The translations under genes and the position numbers were made by a program. Below the pieces are notes generated by a model. The model did not search any database. It saw only the letters and a list, made by a program, of their open reading frames with translations, and had not been told where the DNA came from. Of a DNA stretch of 64,000 bases, positions 12,456 to 25,841 are shown piece after piece. Positions within the stretch are counted from its first letter, which is position 1, and every line of letters starts with the position of its first letter. Source of the DNA: Camelus ferus (Eukaryota); the NCBI RefSeq assembly GCF_009834535.1, contig NC_045697.1:8248001-8312000 (forward strand). The letters run 5' to 3'.

Positions 12456-15400
12456 CATCCCAAGATCTATACTGCATTAGACTTAAGGGAGTGAGTCGAT
12501 GTACCCTCAAAATGAATATAAAAGAACAGAGGGTCAGATTTCTGGGTTATCATAACAAAAATGCCAGGAACCCTTTGAGATCATATTTATGAAACAGCAG
12601 TGACTCATCAAAGGACAATCTTAGTCACCAGCAGAAAATCAGTTGTGGATGATTTACTAATAGAGAAATTAGAGTCATTAAAAGGATGTTTTGAGAGTAT
12701 TGCACAGTCTTAGTTTGTATCACCTTTTCTTTCCATTATCACAGGGCTCCTATTTTACAGGTGAGGCTTCTGAAGCTGAAAGGTGTGGCTCAGCTGGCCT
12801 GCGATCAGATTCCCCCGAGGTTATGGACCTCAGTCCTGTTCCCAGTCTACTCTCCAGCCCTCAGTCCACCTCACCAGGTTGTCTCCTTCCAGAGATGTTT
12901 GCAGGGAAGGTCTTCAACAGGGTCCCCACCCAGTTGGTTGAGGAAAGCTCAGAAAGACAGAGCTGGTCCCTCTGAGGACTTCGTCCTTCTGCCCTGAATG
13001 TCAGAGTTCTGAGTACAGGCCTCTATGGACGTCCCCGCCACCAGCTCATCCCTTTCCACACGAAGCTCCTGGCCTCGGGCTCTCCTGAGAGGGCCCTGAC
13101 AACTGACGCAGCGCAGTGTCATCGTGTCCTCAGGCCACAGCCAGGCTCAGAGTGTCTGCCTCTGCAAAAACGCACCTGAACAAGCACCAGGAGAAGGAGA
13201 ACGCGTCTGCCCGCCCTGGTGCGAAGTGCTCGCTGGGAGACAAACAACAGACGCGCCTGCCATGAGGAGGCAGGCTTCAGCCGCACCTGTTACAGCAACA
13301 CTGGCCTTTTTCAAAGGCACCAGGAGCCCAACACCTGGGTTTTTCAGCAGCTCCTCAGAAACGTGTTTGAAGAGAGACGGCTTCTGAGAGGCAGCATCTG
13401 GAATCAAGTCACCAGACTTCCCATGAAGGAGAGATGACTCCCCAGCTCTTTTCTGCAGGCTGATTACCCCGCCCTCTCTCCACAAGTTGCCACACAGAGT
13501 ACGCTCTTTGCCTCTCCTCTCGTGATCACAGGACAGAGCTTGTGTTGGCTGTCATGTGACCAAAACCCACTCAAAACAGCTTCCCTTCATGGGGGTTGGG
13601 AGATCATTGGGATTATTGGACAAATAAAAGCAATGTCTTACGGAAAATCGGTGTAGAGAAGGTAACTGGGCCTCATAAGCTGTTGAGGTCAATGAAAGGG
13701 AAACATTCAGGATCGAGACCCCTAATCTCCCCATCTCCGTCGTTCTGCCACCACATAGTTTGTTGTTGTCACCATTTTATTTTTGTGTTTTTTAAATCTC
13801 TGCTTCTTGATCTATTCATCTCTCTTTGTGTATGGCTTCCATGCAACTGTGAAGTAAGTAACTGTGTAGTCTTGAAGCAGACACCCTAGTCTACATGTCC
13901 CACCAGTTAAGATAATCCATAGAGTTTGGCTGGAGCCATTGTGACCCACACAGCATTTCTGGTGAAAGAAATTGATGGACCCAATATTATTTCCCTCGAA
14001 TCAAGTGTCCTCATCCATAGAGAAAAGCAGTCAGAAAACCTAAATGTGGGCACAGGAATCACCACCCTGCGTGAGAGGTGGGCTGTTGTCAGAGCAGAGT
14101 CATAGGCTGGTCGACATCCCAAAGATGTTCATGTAGAGCATCATATAACTTCAGAGCAGAAAGGAACTTTGGGAACATGTCAGCCACCAATAATGTCTCA
14201 AAACATCTCAGTGAACTTGAAGAATGAGTCTCACTTCCCCATAGGATGGGAAAAATAAGCCTTGAAGTGGTTAACGTGCTCAAGGCTACACTTTGTGGAG
14301 AGAATCAGCTGCGTGGATTGGATTTACCAGGGCCCAAGCTCTAGCCCTCACTCTGCAGGCCTAGAATCCTGATTTGCCAATACACAGAGAGTAGATCCAT
14401 CTCTTCGGGAAGGCACACTCTTGGGAGCTCGCAGGGATTTATGAAACACAGGATGCCTATCGATGCATCTACAAGGAGATGTTCTACCATAACTCATACC
14501 AGAATTCCCAAGCAACCTGGATGTGTATCGCTTCCTAACAAGAAGACTTTCAAAGGGAAAACAGACTGTCAAGTACATGCAAATATAATAGGGGTATTTC
14601 TTATATAATTCAAATATCTTAGCACTTGCCTGACAGCAGTTCTCTGATGTAACCACCTGTATAATTAGGATGGACCTGCTCCTGCCTAGGTCCTGGTAGG
14701 TTGTGTCTTGGGGCCTGAGTATCTGCTGTTCAGCACACCTCCTGGGAAAGCATCCTTGATGCTTGTCTCTATGACTCTCCTTTTCCTTAGCGTCTGCACA
14801 CAAGCCCCTTTCTGATTGGCATATCTTTTTTTTTTTTTTTTGAATAGGTTAATCCCTTTAATCACTGCTTGCACCAGGCTGGAATCTAATATAGCTTCTC
14901 AAAACAATTTTTCATATCTCTCTTCTGACCCATTTGTCTACTCATTTTATATCTTAACTCTCAGAGGGAAGTCCGGATCTTGGGGTATGCTTCGTTCTTG
15001 CCCCTGGTAACTAGCACCAATGCCCAGATCTACATATTTAAAATGCAACTGAAAATTAAAGCCATTACAGAAGCTTTCCAAATGGGCAAATATTTGCCTC
15101 AATTATTCTATTTACAATTCCAAAAATATTTCTTCTGTTGAAGTCTGTGTACAAGAAGTGGCTCCAAAACCATTTTTAAGGGAATTTTGACATCAATGAA
15201 ACGTTATGCTGGCAGGGTAAGTGAAGTGCTTGATTAATAAAGAGTCTCAGTGTTTTCAAACACATATTCCAAGCAGCCTCATTTGAAGAAAACCACAAAC
15301 GGAGAATGCTTTGCTGCTCACAGTCACAAGGGGGTTGTGTATTTCATTCCCGCTTACACAGTCCGCTTACTTTGGAGCTTGGGTAGGAAAGAAACATGGC

Positions 15401-15914
15401 CAGCAGAAATAAGGCTACATTCAGTGACCCTACCCTTCCACCCATTGGCCTGATGGGAGAGCTTTTTTACCCCTCTTTGCTACTGTTTTCTTAGTTTTTA
15501 ACCTTTTAATACTTAATAATTCTCTAAAAGACCATCTTGAGAGAAGAGAGGGGGCTAGCTCAGGACCTTGTGGCACTAGTGATGGGGGAGTCTGCGACTC
15601 CAAATTTCAGAATTTCCAGGCAGTGGTGTTGGCATGCTACACAGAAACGTAATTGAGCATGTTCATGTTAATTACTTTGAAGTGCTTTCCTCTTTTCCAG
15701 TGCTTTACAAAAATACAGCAACTTAAATTGGGTCATTATTTCATGCGTCTAAGATTCTACTCAGTTACTTAAGGCAGCCATGGAAATGTAGTCCAAAGGA
15801 TTAATTAAAAATGGGCTCCTCTACTTCCTAATATATGAGAAAAAAAAAAAAACCTAAGTAAAAAATAAAAAGCTTAAATGAAAGTATGTATCAGCAATGT
15901 AATTATCAAATGAG

Positions 15915-16105
15915 GGATGTGCCAGGTGTGTCTAGTTTTATTTACCAGTGCCCTTCATTTAATTCTTTCAGCAATCCCCACAAAATATAGAATCATCATG
16001 CTGATGAGGCACAGAGAGGTTACGTCACTTATCTGAAGTCACATATCTAGTTAATGGAGAGCAGATACATGGACACAGATCTAAGGACACAGATCTAAAT
16101 CCTCT
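15915..16105 (-). mobile_element. MIR SINE
   Basis: TGAGGCACAGAGAGGTTACGTCACTTATCTGAAGTCACATATCTAGT. Confidence 0.8.
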
Positions 16106-16642
16106 CACCAATGCCCCTACCATTCACCATCTTTCCCAGAAGCAAGATACAATTTGGAGATTACAAAAACCCCACAAATCTGGATACTGTACTTATTATT
16201 CTTGCCTACATTTTGATTTATTCCCATTAAAACCTTTACAAGAATAATTAGGACTCTTATAGAGCAAATATAAGTGTATATGTATTTGTATTTAGCTCTT
16301 GTTTTTATATTCTCCACTATTAGAGGATGATGAAGTGGACAGAGAAAGGTAAAACAAATTTTATTAATTAATTTGTTTATCCTACACAGGTCACCTACTA
16401 TCTCCCAGACATGATATGGTTTTAGGAATCCAGAGATGGATAAGACAGCCTAGTTAAAGACTCACCAGCAAGAGAGACGAGCTTGTTCAGTTAACTTGCC
16501 CATGACATTACCCCAGTTCAGGATTTTATCACCTTATGTTGCGCTATGACAGTAAAACCTGCTGTTTCATTCTCTCCCATTCTCATTAATAAGATTGTTC
16601 AGGTTGCTTTTATTCACAGGATATATCATTTGCTTATGATTA

Positions 16643-17245
16643 GATATAATTATCTATTGCTCTGTAAGGAAAGCATCTTTAAACTTAATGGCTTAAAACA
16701 GCCATTTAATTTGCATATAATTCTGAGTCAGGAATTCAAGCAGAACTCAGCAAGAAGGCTCATCTCTGCTCTGCGGCGACTGGGGCTTTAGCTGGGATGG
16801 CTCCAAAGGATTAGGACTCCCTGGGAAATCTGGGTCTCTCTCTTTTTAAGGTGTCACCTCAAGAGACTTGACTGGGGCTGGAAGGTCCCTGACAGCTGCC
16901 CTTCCGTCTGCAGTTTTGGTGCTGGGTGTTGGCAGAAATGCCTTGGTTCTTCTCCTCCTAGTCTTTCTTTCTCTCATGACTTCTTTCTCTAGCAGGACAG
17001 CCTGGACCACTTTACAAAGCATGTGTTCTCCCTCCAAGCAAAGCTGAAAAATGTAAGTCCTCTTAAGACCTATGCTTAGAAGTCCCAGAACTTCATTTCT
17101 ACCACAATATATTGATTGGAACAAATCATAAGAGTAGGTAGATTCAGGTGTTGGGGAAGTAAACTGTTTTTTCATGGGAGGAACAGGATGCATATACAAG
17201 AATGGGAGGAATGACTGGTGGCCACCTTTTTAGCCAACCTATTCA
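16643..17245 (-). mobile_element. MLT1G/H-like LTR
   Basis: TATCTATTGCTCTGTAA...AACTTAATGGCTTAAAACA...GGCTCATCTCTGCTC...TATTGATTGGAACAAATCATAAG. Confidence 0.75.
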
Positions 17246-17494
17246 TGACATACTTGCCTATTCAAGTATCTTTGGTGGTTCTTTATAGCTTAAATAATAA
17301 CACCTAACACCTTTGCCAGGCATTCAAGAAATTCTGTGATAGGGCTTAACTTCCTAGTCTTAAATTACTCGTGATTTACTCTGTTCCAGTCAATTCTCAA
17401 CTAATCAAATCACAGAATTTCCCTACTGCTTTTATCTATTCCATTCATTCTCTCATCCCATTTATATATGAATCTATCTTCCTATCTTTCTACA

Positions 17495-17969
17495 TATCTG
17501 TTTGGGGGGGGTCTGCTCATCTCAACCCTCCTACACTTTTCATTCCCCACTTCAGTGTTGGACATGTGAACCAGGCTTGGCCAATCAGAGTAGACCTATC
17601 TGCCTGGCCACAGCATTGATTCAAGAGTAACTAAATGACTAAATGACTAAAGCAGAGCCAATCAAAATCTCCCCTGAGAATTTTGTGCAACAATCTGGAA
17701 AAGGTATAGTTACAACCTTTAAGATTACACAGACAAGAACTAAGGCAGCCTGGAACTTACGTAGTTATCTTTAATACCCCATGGAGATAGCCTGCCTTAG
17801 AAGGGAGTCAACACAATGGAAAGCAGAAACAAGAGATGAAGAAAGAGGAAAAGAATTCTTCCTTGGATAGTCTCAACCCTTGAATAACTTTGAGTCACAT
17901 GAGCCAATCCATCTTCTTTGATTAATTTGGTTTCTGTTTTTTAAAATCAAAAGAATCATGACTAATACA
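17495..17969 (+). mobile_element. Old MLT1 (J/K/I-like) LTR
   Basis: GGCTTGGCCAATCAGAGT; ends AAAAGAATCATGACTAATACA. Confidence 0.7.
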
Positions 17970-18439
17970 CCATTTCTTCGTGTCCATCTTGCTATGTCAC
18001 AGAACCACAGGACACCGAAATATTTCTGCAGAACCTTCTTAGCACCCAGGATCTTGGTTCTTGATTACCTGCCATTCTGCCCATCACATCCAGGGTCACT
18101 TCTGTTTTCCCGGCTTCTGACTTCCTTGATTTCATTTAATTCTGGTATCCAGGTCCCCATTTCCTGACTCTACTCTTGGTGTTTCTCCTTGACTATCTAT
18201 CATTTTGATTCTCTGCAAGCTCTTCTAATTCCAAACAGCCAACCAGGTCTAGTGCATCAGTCCCAAATACTGGAACCTCCTAACTTAACCCAAGCACCCT
18301 CCTCTACCTGCTTTTTATTCTTGATTTTCCCAATCTCAACCAAACTCTACAAATTTTACACCTCCCTCCAAATTCTATACATTTTTAATTATCTTCTCAA
18401 ATGTTCTTCTTATTTTATATCTCAGTAACTCTGTAACTA

Positions 18440-19015
18440 AAGTTTTTGTACACCTTGATACAACCCATACTTTCTCTCAGACAAATATACATTATCAAAA
18501 CTTACACAAGACTGAGAAAGCCTGAAGTGCCCAGTAGCCATGAAATAAGAGAAAGAAGCATAAAACCGATTACCTCCTGAAAGGCTCTGATTTCCATTCA
18601 CGTTTATGTCTCTATGTTCTCAAGTTAAAGTTACACATAATTTATACAATATTTAATCTGGCTTAGAGACTGCAAAGAGGAGCACTGTGAACTTTATTAC
18701 ACTCAACCAGAATAAACATGATATGAAAACATAACCATGTGAGTCTGTAATTAAAGAGGAAAATAATGCAAGCATAGACACTGTCACTTACGAGTGCGAT
18801 GCTAAAACCTTCCCAAAAGTCCAACAAATTTAGCCCACGGTGTAATAAAAGAATAATACAACACTCTCAGGTATATATTTGGAAATTTGTCATGACCATC
18901 CCAGAGAACAACTTTTAGCAAACTAGGAATAAAAAGATGCTTCCTTAACATAATTTACGCCAACCAGCAGAGGTATTTCTCTTAAAATTAAACAAGAGAC
19001 AAGCCACAATGCTGC
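18440..19015 (+). mobile_element. Highly decayed L1M(E) ORF2 fragment
   Basis: AAAACTTACACAAGA, ATAAAAGAATAATACA, CAAACTAGGAATAAAAAGATGCTTCCTTAACATAAT. Confidence 0.55.
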
Positions 19016-19129
19016 CATTTTTATGTGCACTTGCTTTTAATGACCTACACAATGAGACCTTCAGTGGTTTTCACACCTTTCAACTCTGAAGTCTGAGCCT
19101 TCTATATGACTTTTATCCCTCGGAGCTGT

Positions 19130-19608
19130 ACATCCTTGGTTTTCAGCTAGTCAGCATCTACCCCTCCTTCTACCAGCAACACTTCAAGTCTTTTTTTGGG
19201 AAACTATCTCTCATCTATCACATGCGATCTTGATAGGTCTATCAGTCAAGCTGTCCTGCCCTCTTCCTGGTCAGGGAACAGACATGCAATCCAACTGGAC
19301 TTCCCTTCTCTCTTTCCCTTTTTCTTTCCTTTTCCTCCCCCAATTCTGCAGAATTTAGATCTCTAATGGGATGATCAAGTGTCCTCGATGGTTCGAACTG
19401 ATTCACCTTGAAGGGTGTGGTCTCAGTAGACCATGCTTTATTTCCTCGAGTTTTCTCATTCCAGTCCTTTCCAAAGCCTCCTCTTACTGTGTCCTTCCAA
19501 TCTATGAGTCATCTTCAAATCCTTTAAATACATATCTTTTAAAAAGATGTTTTGCTAAAGTGAGCCAGCTTATGTCTTGTTACTTGCAAAGAGCCTTAGC
19601 TGGTGTAT
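19130..19608 (+). mobile_element. Old MLT1 (K-like) LTR
   Basis: CAGCATCTACCCCTCCTTC...; 3' end TGTTACTTGCAAAGAGCCTTAGCTGGTGTA. Confidence 0.55.
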
Positions 19609-19699
19609 CTGTACTTCCAGTTAACCAAGCTCTGATTCCTGCTCCTTTCCTTAACCCACATAATCCATCATACCCTGTGGGTTTTACTTATATCACAGG

Positions 19700-20345
19700 C
19701 TTGGTCTTCATTTTCTTACCACTCTCCTTCCTGCTCCTGCTTTATGTCAAGTCATCATTACCTCCTTCAGGAGCTATTACGATGGCCTCCTAAGCTGGAT
19801 CTTTGCCTGCAGTCTCTTTCTGCTTAATCCATTTCACCAACAGCTATCAGATTATTATTTTGCTAAGAATATCCTTGATGATGTCACTATTCTGTCCCAA
19901 ATCCTTAAATGACTCCACATTTCAAACACAACGAAGTCCAAAATCCAAAAGACAACCTGACAATTCCAAGCTTACACATCAAATCTCAACTCACCCTTCT
20001 TTCCTTCCTGACATTTTACTCAAGTCAAATGAAGTCACTTGCTGTTCTCTTCAAGATACTAGGCATTCTTGCCTTTCAATCTAGCCAGTCTTTTCCTTTG
20101 CCCATGTTTTACAATCATCATGCAGCCAAATCTCACTTATATTTAATATGAGGCCAACCATAATCATCACTTCCTTCTGAAAGCTCCTCAGAGAACTGAG
20201 AATCCCATCTGCTGCTCTACACATCCCAGCATTTCACTTCCAGCTATCTTGGCTCTTGGCACACTTGGCACTTTCTACCTGTGTTTTATTTAACTATGAA
20301 CATGTTTTACCTTTCCTTCTAGACATAAGCAAGCCATGTGTCCTG
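19700..20345 (+). mobile_element. L2 fragments
   Basis: GGCCTCCTAAGCTGGATCTTTGCCTGCAGTCTC...GATGATGTCACTATTCTG. Confidence 0.55.
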
Positions 20346-20774
20346 TTTTTTGGGGACAACTAGGATTGGAAAAGTGGATGATTAAGCAGGAATGGAAGGC
20401 TAGAGCCAGACCAAGATACTCTCTAAACTCAGCCCATTAAACTTGGGAAGATAGATAGGGTGTGGTCACTGAGAACATTTCTGAGAGGCCCCTGTATGGA
20501 TGAAGACTTCTTTGAGCTTCTGACTTCATCTGTGCATTGTGTGGTCACAGCCCATTGACCAGTGTGGTCAGCTGAACGCACGCCCATGGCCACACATGTG
20601 GAATGAGCTGCCAAAGATGAATGATAGCAGTGCCACTGTTGAAAGAGGCTAAACACAAAATGCTCATCATTCTTGAGACTTACACCTCTAAGCCCTCTTT
20701 GTCTCCCTAGTGGATGACATATCTCAAGCCTCCAAAAGGCCTTTATACCAAGGATCATGGAGGAGAGTAAATTA

Positions 20775-21000
20775 GGCACAAGGAGAGCTCAGGCTTTAGA
20801 ATCGGACAAATACCCCTGTCCCTACTGGCCCTGTATGTATTAGTTATATGACTTGCCAGTCCTTTTCTTTAGCTGTGGAATGAGAATAGAAGTACTAACC
20901 AAGATTTGCCATTCTGGGGATCAAACGAGACCATGCATGTCTGATGTCTGCCGCCGTGCTTAGCAATTCTGTGTGCCTTATGTCAGTCATTGTCCTACTA
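20775..21000 (+). mobile_element. MIR SINE
   Basis: GAGAGCTCAGGCTTTAGAATCGGACA...GGGGATCAAACGAGACCATGCATGT. Confidence 0.65.
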
Positions 21001-21087
21001 CTGTATATGTATTTGTCTCAAACTTTTTAAAAAAATTATAGAGAAAACACTGGAAAAGTTGTATCTATTAGAGAAGAGTACTGTTTT

Positions 21088-21537
21088 AAAGTAGGCAAAA
21101 TAACTGAAAGATATCAAATTGTAATCCCTGGAACCTTTAAATGTCACCTTATGTGGAAAAAGGATCTTGCAAATGTGAGTGAGAATCTTGGCAATGGGGA
21201 GATTATCCTGGATTACATGGGTGTGTTCTAAATGTGATCAAAATGTCTTTGTAAGGGGGAGGTAGACTGGACACACAGAAGAGGAGAAGGCAATGTGATC
21301 ACAAAGGCAGAAATTAAAGTGGCGGAGCCACAAGCTGAAGAATGATGGAGCCGCCAGGAGATGAACGAGACGAGGAACGGGTTTTCCACTAGCGCATGTG
21401 GAGGGGATGCTGCTCTCCTGGCACCTTGATTTTTGCTCAGTAATATGGTTTTCATACTTCTGAGCTCCGGAACTGTGACAGAATACATTTCTGCTGGTTT
21501 ACGTCATCAAGCTTGTGTTAATTTATTATGGCAGTAG

Positions 21538-21570
<33 letters not shown>

Positions 21571-22185
21571 CAAGCAAGCAAACAAAACTAATATGGATTT
21601 TGACAAAAAAGGGCGGCATTACTATAAAAAACACCCCAAAATTTAGAATTGGCTTTGCAATTGGAAATGGGTAGAAGCTGTAAGAAGCTTAAGATGTACG
21701 ACAGAAAAAAAAAAAAAACCCTAGATGGCCTTAAACATATTATTGGTAGAAATATGAAAAGGAAAGACACTGGTGTTGAAGGCTCAGAAGAAAGACAGTG
21801 AGGAACATGTTACTGGAAACTGGACAAAGGCACTCCTTGTTCCACGGGGCAGAAAACCTGGTGAATTGTGTCCTACTGCTGTGTGGAAAGTCGAACTTGT
21901 AAGTGATGACCTGACGAACCTGGGTACCTAGCTGAGGAGATTTCCAAGCAACATACTGAAGGTGTGGCCAGGTTTCTTCTTGCAGCTTATTGTGAAATGC
22001 AAGAGAAAAAAAACCAGATAAGTTGAGGGGGTAAGTGGTAAGACAAAACAAACAAACAAAAACCCCCAAGCCCCACAAAAAAACACTAGAATTTGATGAT
22101 TTGGGGTATTCTCAGCCTATTCATATTACAAAATATGGTAAAGTTAGGAGACTCACCGTCAGAAAAGCATGCTCTGAAGAGAAAG
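21088..22185 (+). mobile_element. MLT1C/D LTR plus MLT1 internal region
   Basis: LTR 21088-~21595 (GGGGAGATTATCCTGGATTA; (CA)n at 21539-21566), then MaLR-internal sequence TGGCTTTGCAATTGGAAATGGGTAGAAGCTG, GGAAACTGGACAAAGG. Confidence 0.85.
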
Positions 22186-22559
22186 CTTTCAGTGGGGTCA
22201 TGCAGTGCAGAGGGAAGCTACGGTCAAGCAAAGGAGCATCATGGAAAAAGCTCTGAGACTGTAGGCACCATCAAAAGATTTAACCTTGGACAGAATTTTT
22301 TTAAGTTAGGAGATGCATGAGAATTCGTAAATTTGCCGCTGGTCAGGATGGAAAAGTGAATGATTTCACATCTGACGATGTGTGTTTTCTTTGTGAAATG
22401 AGGGTCGGAGGTGTGGGGAACATTATCTGCTAAAAGCGAAAACGTAGATGGCCACGCAGAGAACTCCAGACGTGAGGTCAAGTTTTGAATTAGCTTTACT
22501 GAAATCATGGTGATAATGATGATGACAATGACACAAAGGCCAATAAATGCCAAAAGCTG

Positions 22560-22960
22560 CAGCTAACAATCTGTCACGCACTTGCCACGCACCAGACACA
22601 AAATTGAGAATTTTTGGAGTTATTATTACATATAACTATCTCATTAGCCCTAGGAAGTAGATGCCATTACTATTTTTCATGTATATTATATTCTATATTA
22701 TAAATATATATCATAACACATCATATGTAACATCCTGTGTAATATGTATAATAAAAATAAATATATAGACATGGTATGTTATATATAATTAATGCTATAT
22801 AATGTTTATTTTTGAATTTTATTATCATTTTATAGACGAGTAAACAGGCTCAGAGAATTTCGGTAAGTTGACCAAGCACACGTACCTGTAGATGGCAGGC
22901 CATGGAATCAAATCATGGTCTGTTATTCCAAAGTCAGTTTTCTTAACTGTTATATTACAT
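22560..22960 (-). mobile_element. MIR interrupted by AT-rich low-complexity sequence
   Basis: TTTATAGACGAGTAAACAGGCTCAGAGA core; TA-rich tract at 22680-22815. Confidence 0.65.
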
Positions 22961-23544
22961 CACCGTCTTAAAACGTTTTCTCAAAACCCCGTCTCGGAAG
23001 TCTGCATAAATTTCCATGAGTATTTTTTATCTTCTTCATCAACACCGTTTGCTCACCCCCTATTTAAGTGCTCTGCATGCCATCACGTGACCCTCCACTG
23101 CCAGCCCCGGCAGTCACGTACAAGTCCTCACCTCCCTTGACATTCAGTGCATCTCTTTCTTCCATGCATCTCTTCACTCCGTGGCCTGCAATGATACCAC
23201 ACTTCGGGAATCTATCCCTTTTGATAGAGTCATGCATATTGTGTCTTGACAAATCTTAAAAGGTTGCACTGAAAGGAATATTGACCTGGAAGGCTCCAGA
23301 GCTGGTCCTCATCCTCACTCTGTCACTGAGCCACCGAGTGGCCTTGGGCTCTTGCCTCATTTCCTCTATGCCTCAATTTGCTTCCTTCTAAATAAGGGAG
23401 ATGATTCAGAGAGTCTAAATCAGCTCCCACAGTCTATAATTCCAAGTTCATAAAAAGGACATTGAGAAGGAGAAATCTTGGCGGTCTGCCTCAGGGAAAA
23501 AAATAATTAAGATATCACTTTGCAAAAGGAGCAAGTGAATTTCA

Positions 23545-24065
23545 GCAGCGCCGTGCCTGTCTCTGCCTGGAGCTGGCCGCCTCTCCAGTCCTGGGTCCCT
23601 TTCGGATGCTACAAATTATCCAAGGACACAGGCTAATTGACACGGTGGAGAGCAGAGGGACACAAACAGTCCCAGGCTTGGAGAGGAGACCTCTGCGGGG
23701 AGGTTAAGAGGGCTGGGGCAGCTAGGCTTGGAGACGGGCCGCTGAGGGGAGCCGTCATTCTGCTGACACAGTCATAAAAAGATACCGTGAGAGGGGCAGG
23801 GATCAATCTCCTTACTAATCAACAAGGGCAGAATGAGAATTAACAAGCTGTAAGCTGCGAGGAGGAATATTAAAGCTAAATATCAGGGAAAATGTGAGCC
23901 CACTGGGAGCACTTAGGCAATGGAACAGGCTGCTAAGAGAAGCCATGAAGTCACTCTAACTGGGGACATTCAAGGCAGAGAGCAGATACACATGTGTCAC
24001 AGGGGAAGACATTCCAGGGCGAAAGTGAGGAGCTGGACTCTAACAAACCTCAAGGACCTCAGTGT
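23545..24065 (+). mobile_element. L3/CR1 LINE 3' portion
   Basis: GGTTAAGAGGGCTGGGGCAGCTAGGCTTGGAGA, AAGGGCAGAATGAGAA, CAATGGAACAGGCTGC, CTGGGGACATTCAAG are colinear with the CR1 RT 3' end. Confidence 0.7.
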
Positions 24066-24184
24066 AACCAGATCTCACCTGAGGATACTGCAGGCCGAGG
24101 CTGGGTGTGAAGGTGGGGAGGGGAGTGGGCTGGAGACAGACACAATCAGGATGCTGTCATCGTTAAGACAGTCATTTCTGGAGT

Positions 24185-24390
24185 TTTCATGAACTGGGTT
24201 CAAACCATAACTCTGCCCGCTTACCTACTAACTTACACAGTTTGCTTCTGAGATTCAGTTTTCTAGGCTATAAAATGGGGACCATGACGACCCTTCTGTA
24301 AAGGCCTTGTAAAGATTAAATAAAGTTACATCCGGGAATCCCTTAGCGTAGCATCTAGAACATGGAAGTTCTAAGCAAATGACATTTATC
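24185..24390 (+). mobile_element. MIR SINE
   Basis: CTGGGTTCAAACC...TCAGTTTTCTAGGCTATAAAATGGGGA...GTAAAGATTAAATAAAG. Confidence 0.75.
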
Positions 24391-24709
24391 ATGAAAGCAA
24401 GAGCTCCCTGGGACTGGATGTAAAGCAGAGGGAAGATCCCAGGCCCTAACTGACAGCAGTGGCTGGTCCTTGACCTTGAGGAAGATGGGAGATGAGTGTC
24501 CAGAACTGGTGGTACCTAACCCCTGACTGCATCTCCCGTGCAGCAGGCGTCGTATTGGGAGGAAGCCATTTTGAGATTTGATGGAGCCACATGTGGGAAA
24601 AGCAGAATACTCTTCTGAACTGTTCATGAGTTAGGGAGTAGCAGGGGCCAGCACCTGGGGGAGGATTTGGTAGCACCCACAGGGTAGGGACTGCTGCCTG
24701 CAGCAGACG

Positions 24710-25168
24710 TTGTTGGTCCCCCACAGCACACCCCGCAGCCCACCGCTGGCTTCACCCACAGGACAACTAGCCCCCACCCCTAATGCCAATCTTGCCACTT
24801 TCTGCCTTAGAAAAGGGCCTTTGCTGAAGCTTTGGTATCAGTGAACCTGTGTAAAAGTGCAGCCCAGAAAAGCAGATTTGTTAAAACCCCAGAGGCAACC
24901 CTCAAACAACACAGGATAAAAGCTAATAAACAAGCCACCCCAGCCTCCTGCCCTTTGGGCAGACGTCTGGGAGGTACTGTGTCTTCAGAGGTCCCACAGC
25001 ACCAAGCCCCCGCCGCCTGCAGCAGAAACGCCCCTCCTATTGGCTTTTCTTCCTGCTCTCAGTCTCCCCGCATTCTCTTCCCTGCTCCCTGGGATTATTT
25101 CCAAATAAACTACCTACACTCAAATCCCTGGATCAGGCTCTGCTTTCAGGAGACCCAAAACAAAGGCA
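24710..25168 (+). mobile_element. LTR16-like ERVL LTR
   Basis: 3' end CCAAATAAACTACCTACACTCAAATCCCTGGATCAGGCTCTGCTTTCAGGAGACCCAAA. Confidence 0.8.
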
Positions 25169-25841
25169 GTGTCTGACAGGGATGAAAATTCAAAGGCCAG
25201 AAATTAGAGGAAGCCTCCAACAGAGAAGCTTTTGTAGTAAGACTTTCCGTGAGGAATACTCTAGAAGAGGTATGTGCCTTCATTCTTTAGTTTTGGGCAA
25301 ATGTTGCCACCTATTTGGAATTTTTTAAATTAGGCATTGTCCCCTCTGATAGACTTCCACCCTCCTTAGGAGGGTGAAGGCAACAATGTAACGCTTCTGA
25401 ATGCCTTCTTCCCTCCTTCTGTATTTTTCACATCTCTCATGATCCACATTCAATCTCGGCCCTTTAATCAATGCTTTTCCAGTTCAATCCACTGGGGTAT
25501 CTGCCTTCAAAGACTTACAGATTATTTTGAACTCCGAATGAGTTCTCATGGAATTCCCCTCTGCTGTATGTACGTATTTGTGTTAACTTCCCAAGGAATA
25601 AGACTAGAGAACGCAGACACACCTAGGGGGCCGCAGCTTTCATTGTAACGGCCAGACTCATGTGTTCTGGCTGATGCCTCCTTTGAAGGAGGCAGGAAGC
25701 TTAGTATTTCCTTCCTCTAGAATGGGTACAACCAGGCAAAAAGGAGTAAATAATGAGCACTTAGTCAGCCAGTGGAAAAGATCTTCTATAATTTTTCTTA
25801 TCAGAGGAAAATTTCAATCCCAGGATTTGGCAAAGATCATT

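Noticed and set aside
14348..14803. 151-aa minus-strand ORF
   Set aside because: No recognisable domain, non-ATG start, no exon context; this length can arise by chance.
25615..25636. CTCF-like CACCTAGGGGGCCGC
   Set aside because: Mismatch at a strongly conserved 5' C of the core.
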